Shown: piece after piece, positions 10,329 through 20,952 of the stretch
Position numbering within the stretch: position 1 is the first letter of the stretch
Layout: each line of letters starts with the position of its first letter
Assembly: GCA_030390025.1 (NCBI GenBank)
Contig: CM059431.1
Span: 105,340,001 to 105,404,000 of the forward strand
Direction: 5' to 3'
Length of the DNA stretch: 64,000 bases
Source: Squalus acanthias
Taxonomy: Eukaryota
Position numbers and translations under genes: made by a program
Notes under the pieces: generated by a model
The model's database searches: none
The model's input: the letters and a program-made list of their open reading frames with translations, nothing else
Told to the model about the DNA's origin: nothing

Positions 10329-10577
10329 TTTCTGTAAGGGTTTGCGAGCGTGTCTCTCAGCCTGTGAGATTCGTGTGGCTCTGTGCAGCCTGTATGTCAG
10401 TGCGGGTTTAGGCCTTGTTGCCTGTTCTGGTCTCCAGCCAGTCTGGGAACACTAGACACACCTGTGAGTGGTTCGAATCACTCGCCCTTACGGTTCTAGA
10501 CACTGGACTTAGATGCGAGAGCAGTAATGGAGATGAAACTCATGTAGACTCGGTTGAATGGTACGAAATGGAAAATC

Positions 10578-10583
10578 TTTATT
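10578..10583 (-). terminator. Putative LTR polyadenylation signal AATAAA
   Basis: The only AATAAA I found downstream of the TATA-like box, ~245 nt from the LTR end; two others lie upstream at 11708 and 11818. Confidence 0.5.
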
Positions 10584-11401
10584 GCATAATGTTTAAGATT
10601 ACGAAATACATGTCATAAGCACAGATTAATGACAGTACAATCTTACACGCAGTTATGTAACTAATTCTAGGGAAACGAGGAACGAACGACACACCGTAAA
10701 TGGGGGCACACATTACAATTATCCTTAGTACTTAAACCCTCCCCTATCAATATCTGTCCTAGCTAGATTCGTAGGATTCGAGACTCATGCTCACCACTCG
10801 TGATAACTCGGAGAAATTCCGAATAGCTGATCGGATGTTTTCACCGCAGCACCCACGTGTCGATCAGGGGGTCTCCTGGCCCCACTTGTTTACTTGCTTC
10901 TGCTCCGGCTAGCAGGCTGGAACGTCTGTTGTTATGAAGATCTGTGTTTGTGGGTTTCACGTACCAGTCAACACTTAAGAGAATAATCTCTCGGTGTTCA
11001 TCATGAGGATCTGCCCTGATGGGTTTCACAGACCAGTCAATACCTCAAAGAAGAATCTTCCGGGGTCCGTTCTTTAAAGTTCAAAGAAGTCTTCCTGGCA
11101 AGGAAAAATGTCTATTCGACCTACAGGCGCGGTCGGGGCTTACTGACCGTGGCGATAAGTATGGTCTTCGTCTCTTCTCATCTCATCTCATCTCTTCTCG
11201 GGCCTTTGGTTCCGATGCCGGTTACCAACACAGGTCTTCGTGACACGACACGAGGTAGATCCGAACGGATCACAAAGTTCAACAATCTTTTAAAAAAAGA
11301 CACCAGGCAAACAGGAACAAGACGGCGAGTCAAGAACACAGGAGCAGCCACGAGGATGAACACCAGCAAGATAAGAGAAAGATGGACGGCTGGAGCCTGC
11401 A

Positions 11402-11435
11402 ATTATAGTACAAAATCTTCCGTTTCCCGCCCAAC
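11402..11435 (-). promoter_or_regulatory. Putative LTR core promoter (GGGCGG box plus TATAAT)
   Basis: Minus TTGGGCGGGAAACGG...TACTATAATT followed by a pyrimidine-rich stretch; same motif at 323-356. Confidence 0.45.
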
Positions 11436-12008
11436 CTCAATGTCCCTTCCTTTTGTTAGGGTTTGGCGCTCAAATGTCTTGTATAGGTGATCTCCGGTTT
11501 TAATGGGTTTCGGGGCTACTCGTAAATGTCTGAGTACCTGTTAATATTTCTCCCATTGTTTAATCGGTCGGTATTCTCCCTGGAGGGGTTTTGGGGCCTC
11601 CAAGTGTTTTCTGTAACTACCCGCTAACGGCTCTCTCATCGTAGAGTCGTTGGGATTTTACATATTAATGTCTTTGGATGGGTTCTTGATTACTGGGTAC
11701 AATAGCCTTTATTCGTACCTGGGAGACCGATTCCAGTATCTATGTGTATACTGCAAACCCAAGATGTCTCGTGTATTATCTTCGATGTGCTGAATCTTAA
11801 TCGATCTTGCACAAATGTTTATTGGAACGCCATCTTGTCTGCCTGTCGAAAAGTCTAGAATGTTCCGCCACGAGGTGCGGCGGCCATTTTACAAGCTGCT
11901 TGTGTCCACTTTGAAACCTGACAGCATTCTGCTGAAATAAAAGCTGTTTGAACGAAACTATGTGTTTTCTCCTTATTAATAAAATCGCGATATATTGCGA
12001 ATTCTACA

Positions 12009-13570
12009 CTACGTAGTTTGCTTTGTTTAGATTTAAGACCCTAGTTTCAGATTTAACTAAATCACTGTCAAACTCAATGTAAAATTCTATCATATTATGT
12101 TCACTCTTCCCGAAAGGCCCCTTTACTACAAGGTTATTAATGAACCCTTTCTCATTTCACAATACTAGATCTAAAATAGCCTGTTCCCTAGTTGGTTTCT
12201 CAACATACTGATCTAGAAAACTATCTTGTATACATTCCATGAATTCGTCCTCCACACTATTACTGCAAATTTGGTTTGCCCAGTCTATATGTAGATTAAA
12301 GTCCCCCATGATTACTGTATTACCCTTGTTACATGCGCCTCTAATTTCCTGATTTATACTCTGCCCTACATTACAACTACTGTTTGGGGGCCTATAAACA
12401 ACTCCCACCAATGTTTTCTGCCCTTTGCTGTTTCTTAGCTCCACCCAAACTGATTCTACTTCTTGATTTTTGGAGCTAAGATCCTTTCTCTCTACTGTCT
12501 TTATCCCATTCTTCATTATCAGGGCTACCCCTCCTCCTTTTCCATTTTGCCTATCTCTTCTAAAAGTTAAGTATCCTGGAATATTTAGTTCCCAACCTTG
12601 GCCACTTTACAACCACGTCTCCGTAATGGCTATTAGATCACACCTGTTAATTTCCATCTGCGCTACTAATTCATCTAATTTTTTGCGAATGCTTCGCACA
12701 TTCAGATATAGTGACTTTAGCTTTGACTTATTTCCTTTTTTACTCTCTTTCTCCCTTCCTGACCCACTCTGCTTATTTTTACCCAAAACTCTACTCTGCT
12801 CTAGAGCCTTAACATTTCTCTTGCTGCTTTTAAATTTGCTTTTTCCCGAATCCTCCCACCCCCCTTCATTAGTTTAAAGCCCTGTCTATTGCCCTCGTGT
12901 TATTCGGTTCACCAGGGCACTGGTCCCAGCCCGGTTTAAGTGGAGCCTGTCCCAACAGAACAGCTCCCTCTTTCCCCAGTACTGGTGCCAGTGCCCCATG
13001 AACTGAAACCCCTTCCTCCCACACCACTCTTTGAGCCACGTATTTAAACCTCTAATCTGTTTGCCCCTATGCCAATTTGCACTTGGCTCAGGTAACAATC
13101 CAGAGATTATTACCTTTGAGGTTATGCTTTTTAATTTGGATCCGAGCTCCTCAAACTCCCTCAGTAGAACCTCATTCCTAGTTCTACCTATGTCGTTGGT
13201 TCCTACATGGACCATGACAACTGGATCCTCCCCCTCCCACTCCAAGTTCTTCTCCAGCCGCGAGGAGATATCCTTAACCCTGGCAGGCAACACAACCTTC
13301 GGGACTCCCGATCGTGGCTGCAGAGAACAGTATCTATCCCCCTGACTATACTGTCGCCTACCACTACCACATTCCTTTTTACTCCTCCCACTTGAATGGC
13401 CTCCTGTACCATGATGCCGTGGTCAGTTTGCCCATTCTCCCTGCAGTCCTTGTTCTCATTCACACAGGCTCCCACTGCCTCCGCTCCCGCTCAGGTCTGC
13501 GCTGTGTCCTGGGCCTTCTCCGGTGCTCCCTTTAAGCTGCTACTCCCGCTGCCTTCGCTCCCACTCAGGT
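12009..13570 (-). mobile_element. CR1-clade LINE 5' part (ORF1 SGNH esterase remnant plus ORF2 AP endonuclease), interrupted by the provirus
   Basis: VVGDSIVRG, VHVGTNDIG, DRLHLNRAG (12886-13475, frameshifted); GVVYRPPN, IMGDFNL, PTREQAILDLVL (12157-12516); homology continues to the LTR edge (NKANYV). Confidence 0.9.
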
Positions 13571-13579
13571 CCACACCTT

Positions 13580-13870
13580 CAACATAGTAAAATGTCCCAA
13601 GGCCCTTCACAGGAGTGTTATCAGACAAAATTTGACAACAAGCCACATAAAGATATATTACAACAGGTGATCAAAAGTTTGGTCAAAGAGGTAGGTTTTA
13701 AGCAGCGTCTTAATGGAGGACAGAGAGGTAGCGAGGCGGAGAGGAGCACGGAGGAAATTCCAGAACTTAGGGCACAGGCAGCTGAAGGCATGGCCGCCAA
13801 TGGTGGAACGAATGAAATCAGGGTTGCACAAGAGGCCAGAACTGGAGGAGCGCAGAGATCTCAGAGAGAT
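13580..13870 (-). mobile_element. L2-type LINE 3' end fragment
   Basis: STIGGHAFS..PKFWN..KTLLKTYLF C-terminal motif; similar copies at 19912-20945, 61410-61745 and 61917-62400. Confidence 0.75.
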
Positions 13871-14580
13871 GCGGGGGGTGGGGGGGCGGGGGGGGGGGGG
13901 ATAGCGGGGGTGGCGGGGGGTGCAGAGGCAATGGAGCGAGTTGAGCAAAAGTCAACCTACCACAAACAAAACAGAAAAACATAGGAAAAGAACCAGAAAG
14001 GGACAGAACCCCCAAAAAAGAGTTGCAAAAAGTAAAACAAAAGAGAAAGTATTAACAGACAGAAAAGCACACCGAGCGAAAGAGACAAACACCAGCAGGA
14101 AGACGCAGGAGCAAGGTATGAGAGAGACCATCTCCTCCAACTTACTGTGCGCAATGCGTGGAAATTGTCATTATTTTTAAAATTCATTCTACCCATTCCT
14201 ATTTCTACTTCACTCATATTTATTAACGCTCTGTTGCTCACCTTACTATTAATTTTAAAATTCATTTTTTTCTGTTCGTATTCCATTCCCCAAATCCTTA
14301 TGTTATTAATTCACTCTTACTTGTTTAAAAATTAAATTCCCTTTTACACGCCCCAAATTATAATTTTATTTTACTTCACTGTACCCACTGCTCTATTTCT
14401 TCCCCTCGTTCCCCCTCACTGTCGACTCCCTAAGTTTGTTCACAGCAAAGTCATCTTCCTTTTAAATTTCCAGGCATTACACTTTTACTTTTCCATGTTC
14501 CTTAGCTTTCTTCTTAATTTGATCTCGATGAACCGATACTTTTCTTTGCTGTAAAAAAGAATGAACGTCCTAACTTAATG

Positions 14581-15240
14581 TCAGCTGTGGCTCAGTGGGT
14601 AGCCATGATGCGGAGATGACGGTGTTGGACTGGGGTGGACAAAAATGAGAAGTCGCACAACACCAGGATATAGTCCAACAGTTTTATTTGAAATCACGAG
14701 CTTTCGGAGCGCTGCTCCTTCGATAGACAAAGGAGCAGCGCTCCGAAAGATCGTGATTTCAAATAAAACTGTTGGACTATAACCTGGTGTTGTGCGACTT
14801 CTCATTTCAGTGGGTAGCGTTCGCCTCTGAGCCAGGGACGTGAGCACAAATGTAAGTTGACACTGCAGTGTAGTGCTGAGGGAGTGCTGCACTGTCGGAG
14901 GTGCCGTCTCTCGGATGAGACGTTAAACCGAGGCCCCGTCTGCCCTCTCAGGTGGATGTAAAAGATCTCGCGGCACTACTTTGACGAAGAGCAGGGGAGT
15001 CCTCCCCGGTGTCCTGGCTGAAATATATCCCTCATCAAACACCAAAAAAACCCAGATTATCTGGTCATTATCACATTGCTGTTTGTGGGAGTTTGCTGAG
15101 TGCAAATTGGCTGCCGCGTTCCAACATTACAACAGTGACTACACTCCAAAAGTACTTCATTGGCTGCAAAGCACTTTGGGACGTCCTGAGATTGTGAAAG
15201 GTGCTATAGAAATGCAAGTCTTCCTTTTCTTTTCTTTTTT
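14581..15240 (+). mobile_element. tRNA-headed Deu-domain SINE carrying an inserted palindrome
   Basis: Head TCAGCTGTGGCTCAGTGGGTAGC; core GATGAGACGTTAAACCGAGG...CCCCGGTGTCCTGGC; tail ATAGAAATGCAAGTCTT; about 12 copies in the window. Confidence 0.8.
14604..14806. mobile_element. Penelope-like pseudo-LTR remnant in inverted arrangement
   Basis: ~78-bp inverted arms around a short spacer; 12-bp duplication TCAGTGGGTAGC (14592-14603, 14807-14818); same family at 54237-54348. Confidence 0.65.
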
Positions 15241-15568
15241 TTTACAGCATGAATAGAGGCGGAAAACTTCTTCAACAGCGTTAGTGCTGTGGCACGTGAC
15301 TGGAGCTGATTTCTGGTGGTGTGTGGTATGGATAAACTGTTTGTCAGTAACCTCATGTTATTGCAAGTGACCAGTCAAGCCTGTGGTTTGTATTGATTGA
15401 GGTTTTCTTTTGCGATTGTGTAGTGTCAATCAAAACCAATAACGCATTTTTACTGCAATCTTCAAAATCTCCAGTTTATTCGGTTGAATGCACCTCTGTG
15501 TCATTATAATGGCAGCTTCTGTCGTGCTCTGTTTAAGGAGCGCTGTCATCATATTCTTTAGGAACACT

Positions 15569-16324
15569 GGCCCAGAATTTGCTGTCGTCGGTCAATGAAT
15601 AGCACCCGCCGTTAGCTAGACTTGCCCTTGCCCGTTTAATCCCCACGATATTTTGTGCTGCAAGTTGCTGTCAGTGGGCGTTAGAAACAGCACGGCGCCC
15701 TCTACAGGGCATCTGGAACCTGAGTGAACAGGTCAAGCAACTGTGTATCTCCTCAACCAATCAGATTAAAGGAGTGTGAAATTCACAGCGCCAGGACTGA
15801 ACAAGGAATTGTAAGTTAGAGTGGGTGAATTCAAGGTCAAATCAGGTACAGAAAGGGAAAGAAAGAGAGGAAAAGGAAGATTGGATTCAGAGAGATATAA
15901 AAGAGACAGAAAGAAAAAGTGAAAAAAATGTAATTTAATTTTTTTTTAAATCTCCAACAATTAAAATATGAAGGAAAGAGACTCCACAATTGTAATAGTT
16001 CATTTTTGGTGCCAGAGAGGCAGTAATTAACACTTATCATGTCATTAAAAGGGTACTTCGACTGAAATGACTTGACTTAACTTTCTGTGGCGGATTTAGT
16101 TCTTATCCACTGCGCAAATACAGCAACTTCACGCCGTTCAATGCATTTCAGTTGTGAGGCAGATGGCGAGATGCCGTTCTCGAGAAGCTAACGGCGCATC
16201 TCGGACAGCAACTTTTGGATTTCCACGTTTAACCGCGCACCCGCCCCTCGCCTGAAGTTGTTGTAGCATCAATAACGGCGAGCGCCATTAGCCTCAGCGT
16301 TATTCTGACAGCAATTTTTAGACC
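15569..16324. mobile_element. Non-autonomous TIR DNA transposon (probably Harbinger-type MITE)
   Basis: Imperfect TIRs GGCCCAGAATTTGCTGTC / GACAGCAATTTTTAGACC; related sequence at ~43790-45160. Confidence 0.55.
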
Positions 16325-17879
16325 AATGAGATAAGACCTTTCAGGACTGTACAGATAATTGACTCCTTGCGTGCAATTCCACAGGAGGTCCAGTGGTCAA
16401 AATTAAAGAGCTCCCTTTTTTCCCAGCTTAATTCATTAAATAAAAACTCTGCGCTGATAGTGTTCCTCGTGTTGCGGGGCGAGGGGCGGGCGAGGGGCAA
16501 AGTGCGGGCGGGGGGCGGGGGGGGCGGTCGTTCTGTCACTGAGTCGGGTTGATGTTTGCACCAGGGCTAAAGGGGGCTGCTCATAAGATGCTTTGATGCT
16601 GCACTACAAATACATTGCAGGAATGAAGACGGAGCAAAAAATACCATTTATAATCACTAGAGATCTATGATTACTGTCTATCAAACATTGTACCTTGGCT
16701 GTGGTTTTGCAGTTTTACTAATGACATAGCCTCCTGCATGCTGTCATTAGTATAACAAGACAGTGCCACAGGGGAAAATAGGAGATCGTTTTGAACACTT
16801 ATTTTAATAACCTCCTTATAGATTACCGCTTGATAAATATATATCTCCAAAAACTGGTGTAAAAGATCATTTAAATGATTTGTTAAATACTTCTCAGTTT
16901 TTCTGCCAGCATGATACACTCCCCAGGCTTTATAGCGATGAGCATTTTTTTCATTACCTGTTTTGTGGGATGAGCAATCAATTGATATTCTACAACTTAG
17001 CTCATTAGGCATGTTTTCTCTGAAGTACTGATCCTGAGGTCTACTTTGGGCAACTGTTAAATCAATCATTCCATATTTCTTTACAATACCCGCGGCACAA
17101 AATATTTTAAATGACAAAGCAATAGCCATACAGTACATGGGAGGCAATTAATGTCAGTTTTTTTTTCAAAATGGCTGGGTAATTTTCAGAAAAGTGCTAA
17201 CAATGCAAGGTAAATTTATGGGTTGAGGAATAGACATGTATAATAGCATCAGCTGCTGCCTTTCATCTCTGGTAACCTGAGGTTAAAGTTACAGAAGCGG
17301 TTTTGCTTGCTAGTTATCTGCTTTCAAAACTATCAATAACGTGGGACACAAAAGCAATTTAGTCTTGCAGTTTATCATTTAATTCTGTATTGTTGATCGA
17401 TTTTTGGATACTCAGGGGACCAAGGGCTGTGAGGATAGTACGGGAAGGTGGAGTTGAGGTAGAAGATCAGCCATGATCTTGTTGAATAATAGGCTCGAAG
17501 GGCCGAATGGCCTAGTCCTGCTCCTATTTCTTATGTTTTGTGATACAAGTGCATTTTGGGCTGAAGTTCCAATGGAGCCTTTCATTTCTACCCATCGAGG
17601 TAAAGACTGCATCATATTAATTACGTTCTGAATATTTAACTGCTTGACTTTTAAAATGTACCTCCCTCCGAGAGAACGTAATTAAAGGAGCTGTGTTTCT
17701 TAATAAAGAATTTTTTTGGGTGAGTGGGGGGAAACAGATGAGGGGGACAGAGTTGTGTACATTAAACTATTTCAATTCGACCATCAACAATCTGCCAATA
17801 ATTTGTTTCTCTGTTGGAAGTGACTAATCCCAGGTGGAGTAGTTTTCGGTTTTCCTGTGGCCAAATTAAGCAGTCAGCA

Positions 17880-18115
17880 GCCATATCTTCGCACAAAGGG
17901 TAGTGGAAATCTGGAACTCACTCCCCCGAAAAAGCTGTTGAGGCTGGGGGGTCAATTGAAAATGTCAAAACTGAGATTGATAAATTTTTGTTAGGCAAGG
18001 GTATTAAGGGTTACAGAGAATCAAGATGGAGTTAAGATACAGATCAGCCATGATCTAATTGAATATCGGAACAGGCTCGAGGGGCCGAATAGCCTCCTCC
18101 TGTTCTTATGTTCCT
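17880..18115 (+). mobile_element. CR1 LINE 3' tail fragment (another at ~17400-17540)
   Basis: GATCAGCCATGATCTAATTGAAT...GGCTCGAGGGGCCGAAT...TTCTTATGTTC tail. Confidence 0.7.
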
Positions 18116-18209
18116 GCCAATTCAATGTGTGGTAGGTTCACTATTACATCTGTCACTACAGCTAACCTGGAGGCAAGGTACAAGAAGACCAAGTTAGGAG
18201 AGCTATTCA

Positions 18210-18650
18210 TAAGAACATAAGTATTAGGAGCAGGAGTCGGCCATACGGCCCCTCAAGCCTGTTCTGCCATTCAGTAAATCATGGCTGATCTTCGACCTCA
18301 CCTCCACTTTCCCGTCCAATCCCCATATCCCTTGATTCCCCTAGAGTCCAAAAATCTATCAATCTCAGCCTTGAATATACTCAAAGACTCAGCATCCACA
18401 GCTCTCTGGGGTAGAGAATTCCAAAGATTCATGACCCTCTGAGTGAAGAAATTCCTCCTCATCTCAGTCCTAAATGGCCGACACCTTATCCTGAGACTAT
18501 GCCCCCTAGTTCTAGACTCTCCAGCCAGGGCAAACAACCTCTCAGCATCTACCCTGTCAATCCCCCTCAGAATCTTATATGTTTCAATGAGATCACCTCT
18601 CATTCTTCTAAACTCCAGAGAGTATAGGCCCATTCTACACAATTCCCTAC
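18210..18650 (-). mobile_element. CR1 LINE 3' fragment
   Basis: GLYSLEFRRMRGDLIETYKIL...TRGHSL...RRNFFTQRV; tail ends in CTTATGTTCTTATG. Confidence 0.9.
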
Positions 18651-19197
18651 TTGATTCCCTAATCAATTAAACATAAAACATGTTTAAAAAAAGCACCTTC
18701 TTAAAGAGGCATTATTGCCTTTGTAAAGTTATCAGGATAACTTTGAAACTTTGTTTACAGATCTTCAATGTAGTAACATTACCCTTGAACCAATGATCTC
18801 CTTTGTGTCATTTGAGTGCCTAAAACATCGCACTGCTCGCAGTTGACAGGATTATAATAGACCGAAAAAACAAAAGTGATTCGTGTGTCTTTCAAGAATA
18901 TGCAACAACTGGGTGATTGAAAAAGTATCGAGCCTACTTTAGGAAATATGATAAATGAAATGCTCCTTTCAGGCATTACAGCTCTGTTACACAGTACCAT
19001 GGTGTCATTAAGACAAGGAGAAACATGACAACTAAATGTTGTTTCAGCGAGTAGCACCTTCTCCATTACTTTCTGCTATAGTTTGTACAAGAATAATCAC
19101 TAAATCCCTGATATGCTGACAGTCAATGTTACAGCAACGAGCTCTACATTACAGTTAACAAATTCCAGCATGGTGCAGCACTGCAGTTCATATCCCA

Positions 19198-19897
19198 ATT
19201 TAGGTGTCCTCGTGCAAGAAACACAGAAAGCTGGCATGCAGGTACAGCAAGCAATATGGCATGTTGGCCTTTATTGCAAGGAGGTTGGAGTATAAGAGTA
19301 AGGAAGTCTTGCTACAATTGTACAGGGCCTTGGTGAGACCACACCTGGAGTACTGTGCACAGTTTTGGTCTCCTTATCTGAGGAAGGATATACTTGCCTT
19401 GGAGGCGGTGCAACGAAGGTTCACTAGATTGATTCCTGGGATGAGAGGGTTGTTCTATGATGAGAGATTGAGTAGATTGGGCCTATACTCTCTGGAGTTT
19501 AGAAGAATGAGAGGTGATCTCAATGAAACATACAAGATTCTGAAGGGGATTGACAGGGTCAATGCTGAGAGGTTGTTTCCCCTGGCTGGAGTGTCTAGAA
19601 CTAGGGGGCATAGTCTCAGGATAAAGGGTCGGCCATTTAAGACTGAGATGAGGAGAAATTTCTTCACTCAGAGGGTTGTAAATCTTTGGAATTCTCTGCC
19701 CTACAGGGCTGTGGATGCTGAGTCTTTGAGTATATTCAAGGCTGAGATAGATAGATTTTTGGACTCTAGGGGAATCAAGGGATATGGGGATCGGGCGGGA
19801 AAGTGGAGTTGGTCGATGATCAGCCATGATCTTATTGAATGGTGGAGCAGGCTCGAGGGGCCGTATGGCCAACTCCTGCTCCTATTTCTTATGTTCT
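19198..19897 (+). mobile_element. CR1 LINE 3' fragment (ORF2 C-terminus)
   Basis: LYRALVRPHLEYCAQFWSPY...RRMRGDL...FFTQRVVNLWNSLP. Confidence 0.92.
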
Positions 19898-19911
19898 TAC
19901 TGGCATGGTGC

Positions 19912-20945
19912 AACAACAACTTGCATTTATATAGCGTCTTTAATGTAGTAAAATGTCCCAAGGCGCTTCACAGGAGTGTCATAAAACAACATTTGACTCC
20001 GAGCCACATAAGGAGAAATTAGGGCAGACTTGGTCAAAGAGGTAGGTTTTAAGGAGCATCTTAAAGGAGGAAAGAGAGGTAGCGAGGCAGAGAGGTTTAG
20101 GAAGGGATTTCCAGAGCTTAGGGCCCAGGCAGCTGAAAGCATGGCCACCAATGGTTGAACAATTAAAATCAGGGATACTCAAAAGGGCAGGATTAGAGGA
20201 GCACAGATATCTTGGAGGGTTAGAAAAGAAAGAAAGACTTGCATTTATATAGCGCCTTTCACGACCACCGGACGTCTCAAAGTGCTTTACAGCCAATGGA
20301 GTACTTTTGATGTGGAGTCACTGTTATAATGTGGGAAATGTGGCAGCCAATTTGCGCACAGCAAGGTCCCACAGACAGCAATGTGTTAATGACCAGATAA
20401 TCTGTTTTTTTTGTTATGTTGGTTGAGGGATAAATATTGACCAGGACACCAGGGATAACTCCCCTACTCTTCTTTGAACTAGTGCCATGGGATCTTTCAC
20501 GTCCACCTGAGAGAGCAGACGGGGCCTCTGTTTAACATCTCACCTGAAAGACGGCACCTCCGACAGTGCAGCGCTCCCTCAGCACTGCACCAGAGTGTCA
20601 GCCTAGCTTTATATGTTCAAGTCCCTGGAGTGGGACTATGAACCCACAACCGTCTGACCCAGAAGGCGACTGTGCTATCAACTGAGCCACAGCTGACAGT
20701 GACTGTGATGGGACTGGAGGAGGTTACAGAGATAGGGAGGGACTAGAAAACAAGGATGAGAATTTTTACATCGAGGCGTTACTTAACCGGGAGCCAATGT
20801 AGGTCAGCGAGCACAGGGGTTGATGGGCCAACGGGACTTGGTGCGAGTTAGGACACGGGCAGCCGAGTTTTGGATGACCTCAAGTTTACGTAGGGTGGAA
20901 TGTGGGAGGCCAGCCAGGAGTGCGTTGGAATAGTCAAGTCTGGTG
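19912..20945 (-). mobile_element. L2-type LINE 3' fragment split by a Deu-SINE
   Basis: L2 tail at 19912-20220 resumes at ~20700-20945. Confidence 0.7.
20222..20697 (-). mobile_element. Deu-domain SINE, near full length
   Basis: Reverse-complement match to the 55294-55760 copy. Confidence 0.85.
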
Positions 20946-20952
20946 CAGTTAA

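Larger units (their letters stand above)
1..12008 (-). mobile_element. Endogenous enveloped LTR retrovirus/retroelement, lokiretrovirus-like (LTR-PBS-gag-pol-env-PPT-LTR); 3' LTR truncated by the window edge
   Basis: 1-929 repeats at 11080-12008 with 2 substitutions; minus-strand LTR runs TGTA...TACA; PBS, PPT, gag (CCHC), PR (LLDTGAS), RT (YVDD), two RNase H domains, integrase and env in retroviral order. Confidence 0.95.
10333..12008 (-). repeat. 5' LTR, 1676 bp
   Basis: Outer end from identity with 1-929 and the CR1 junction; inner end inferred from TACA before the PBS, giving TGTA...TACA termini. Confidence 0.85.

Noticed and set aside
10464..10550. Alternative LTR end at TCTACA (10543) and tRNA T-loop-like GGTTCGAATC hairpin as PBS or tRNA gene
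   Set aside because: Neither is followed by a TGG-starting tRNA complement and there is no cloverleaf; the 18-mer at 10310-10327 fits better
12886..13475. SGNH esterase ORF as a provirus accessory or host gene
   Set aside because: Lies outside the LTR and is the known esterase of CR1 ORF1, upstream of the endonuclease
16671..17147. 158-aa minus ORF and other 60-140-aa ORFs in AT-rich DNA
   Set aside because: Mostly non-ATG starts, random composition, no domain motifs
18783..18820. Short candidate exons (minus ~18783-18820; plus ~55251-55277)
   Set aside because: Splice-like dinucleotides only, too short to support
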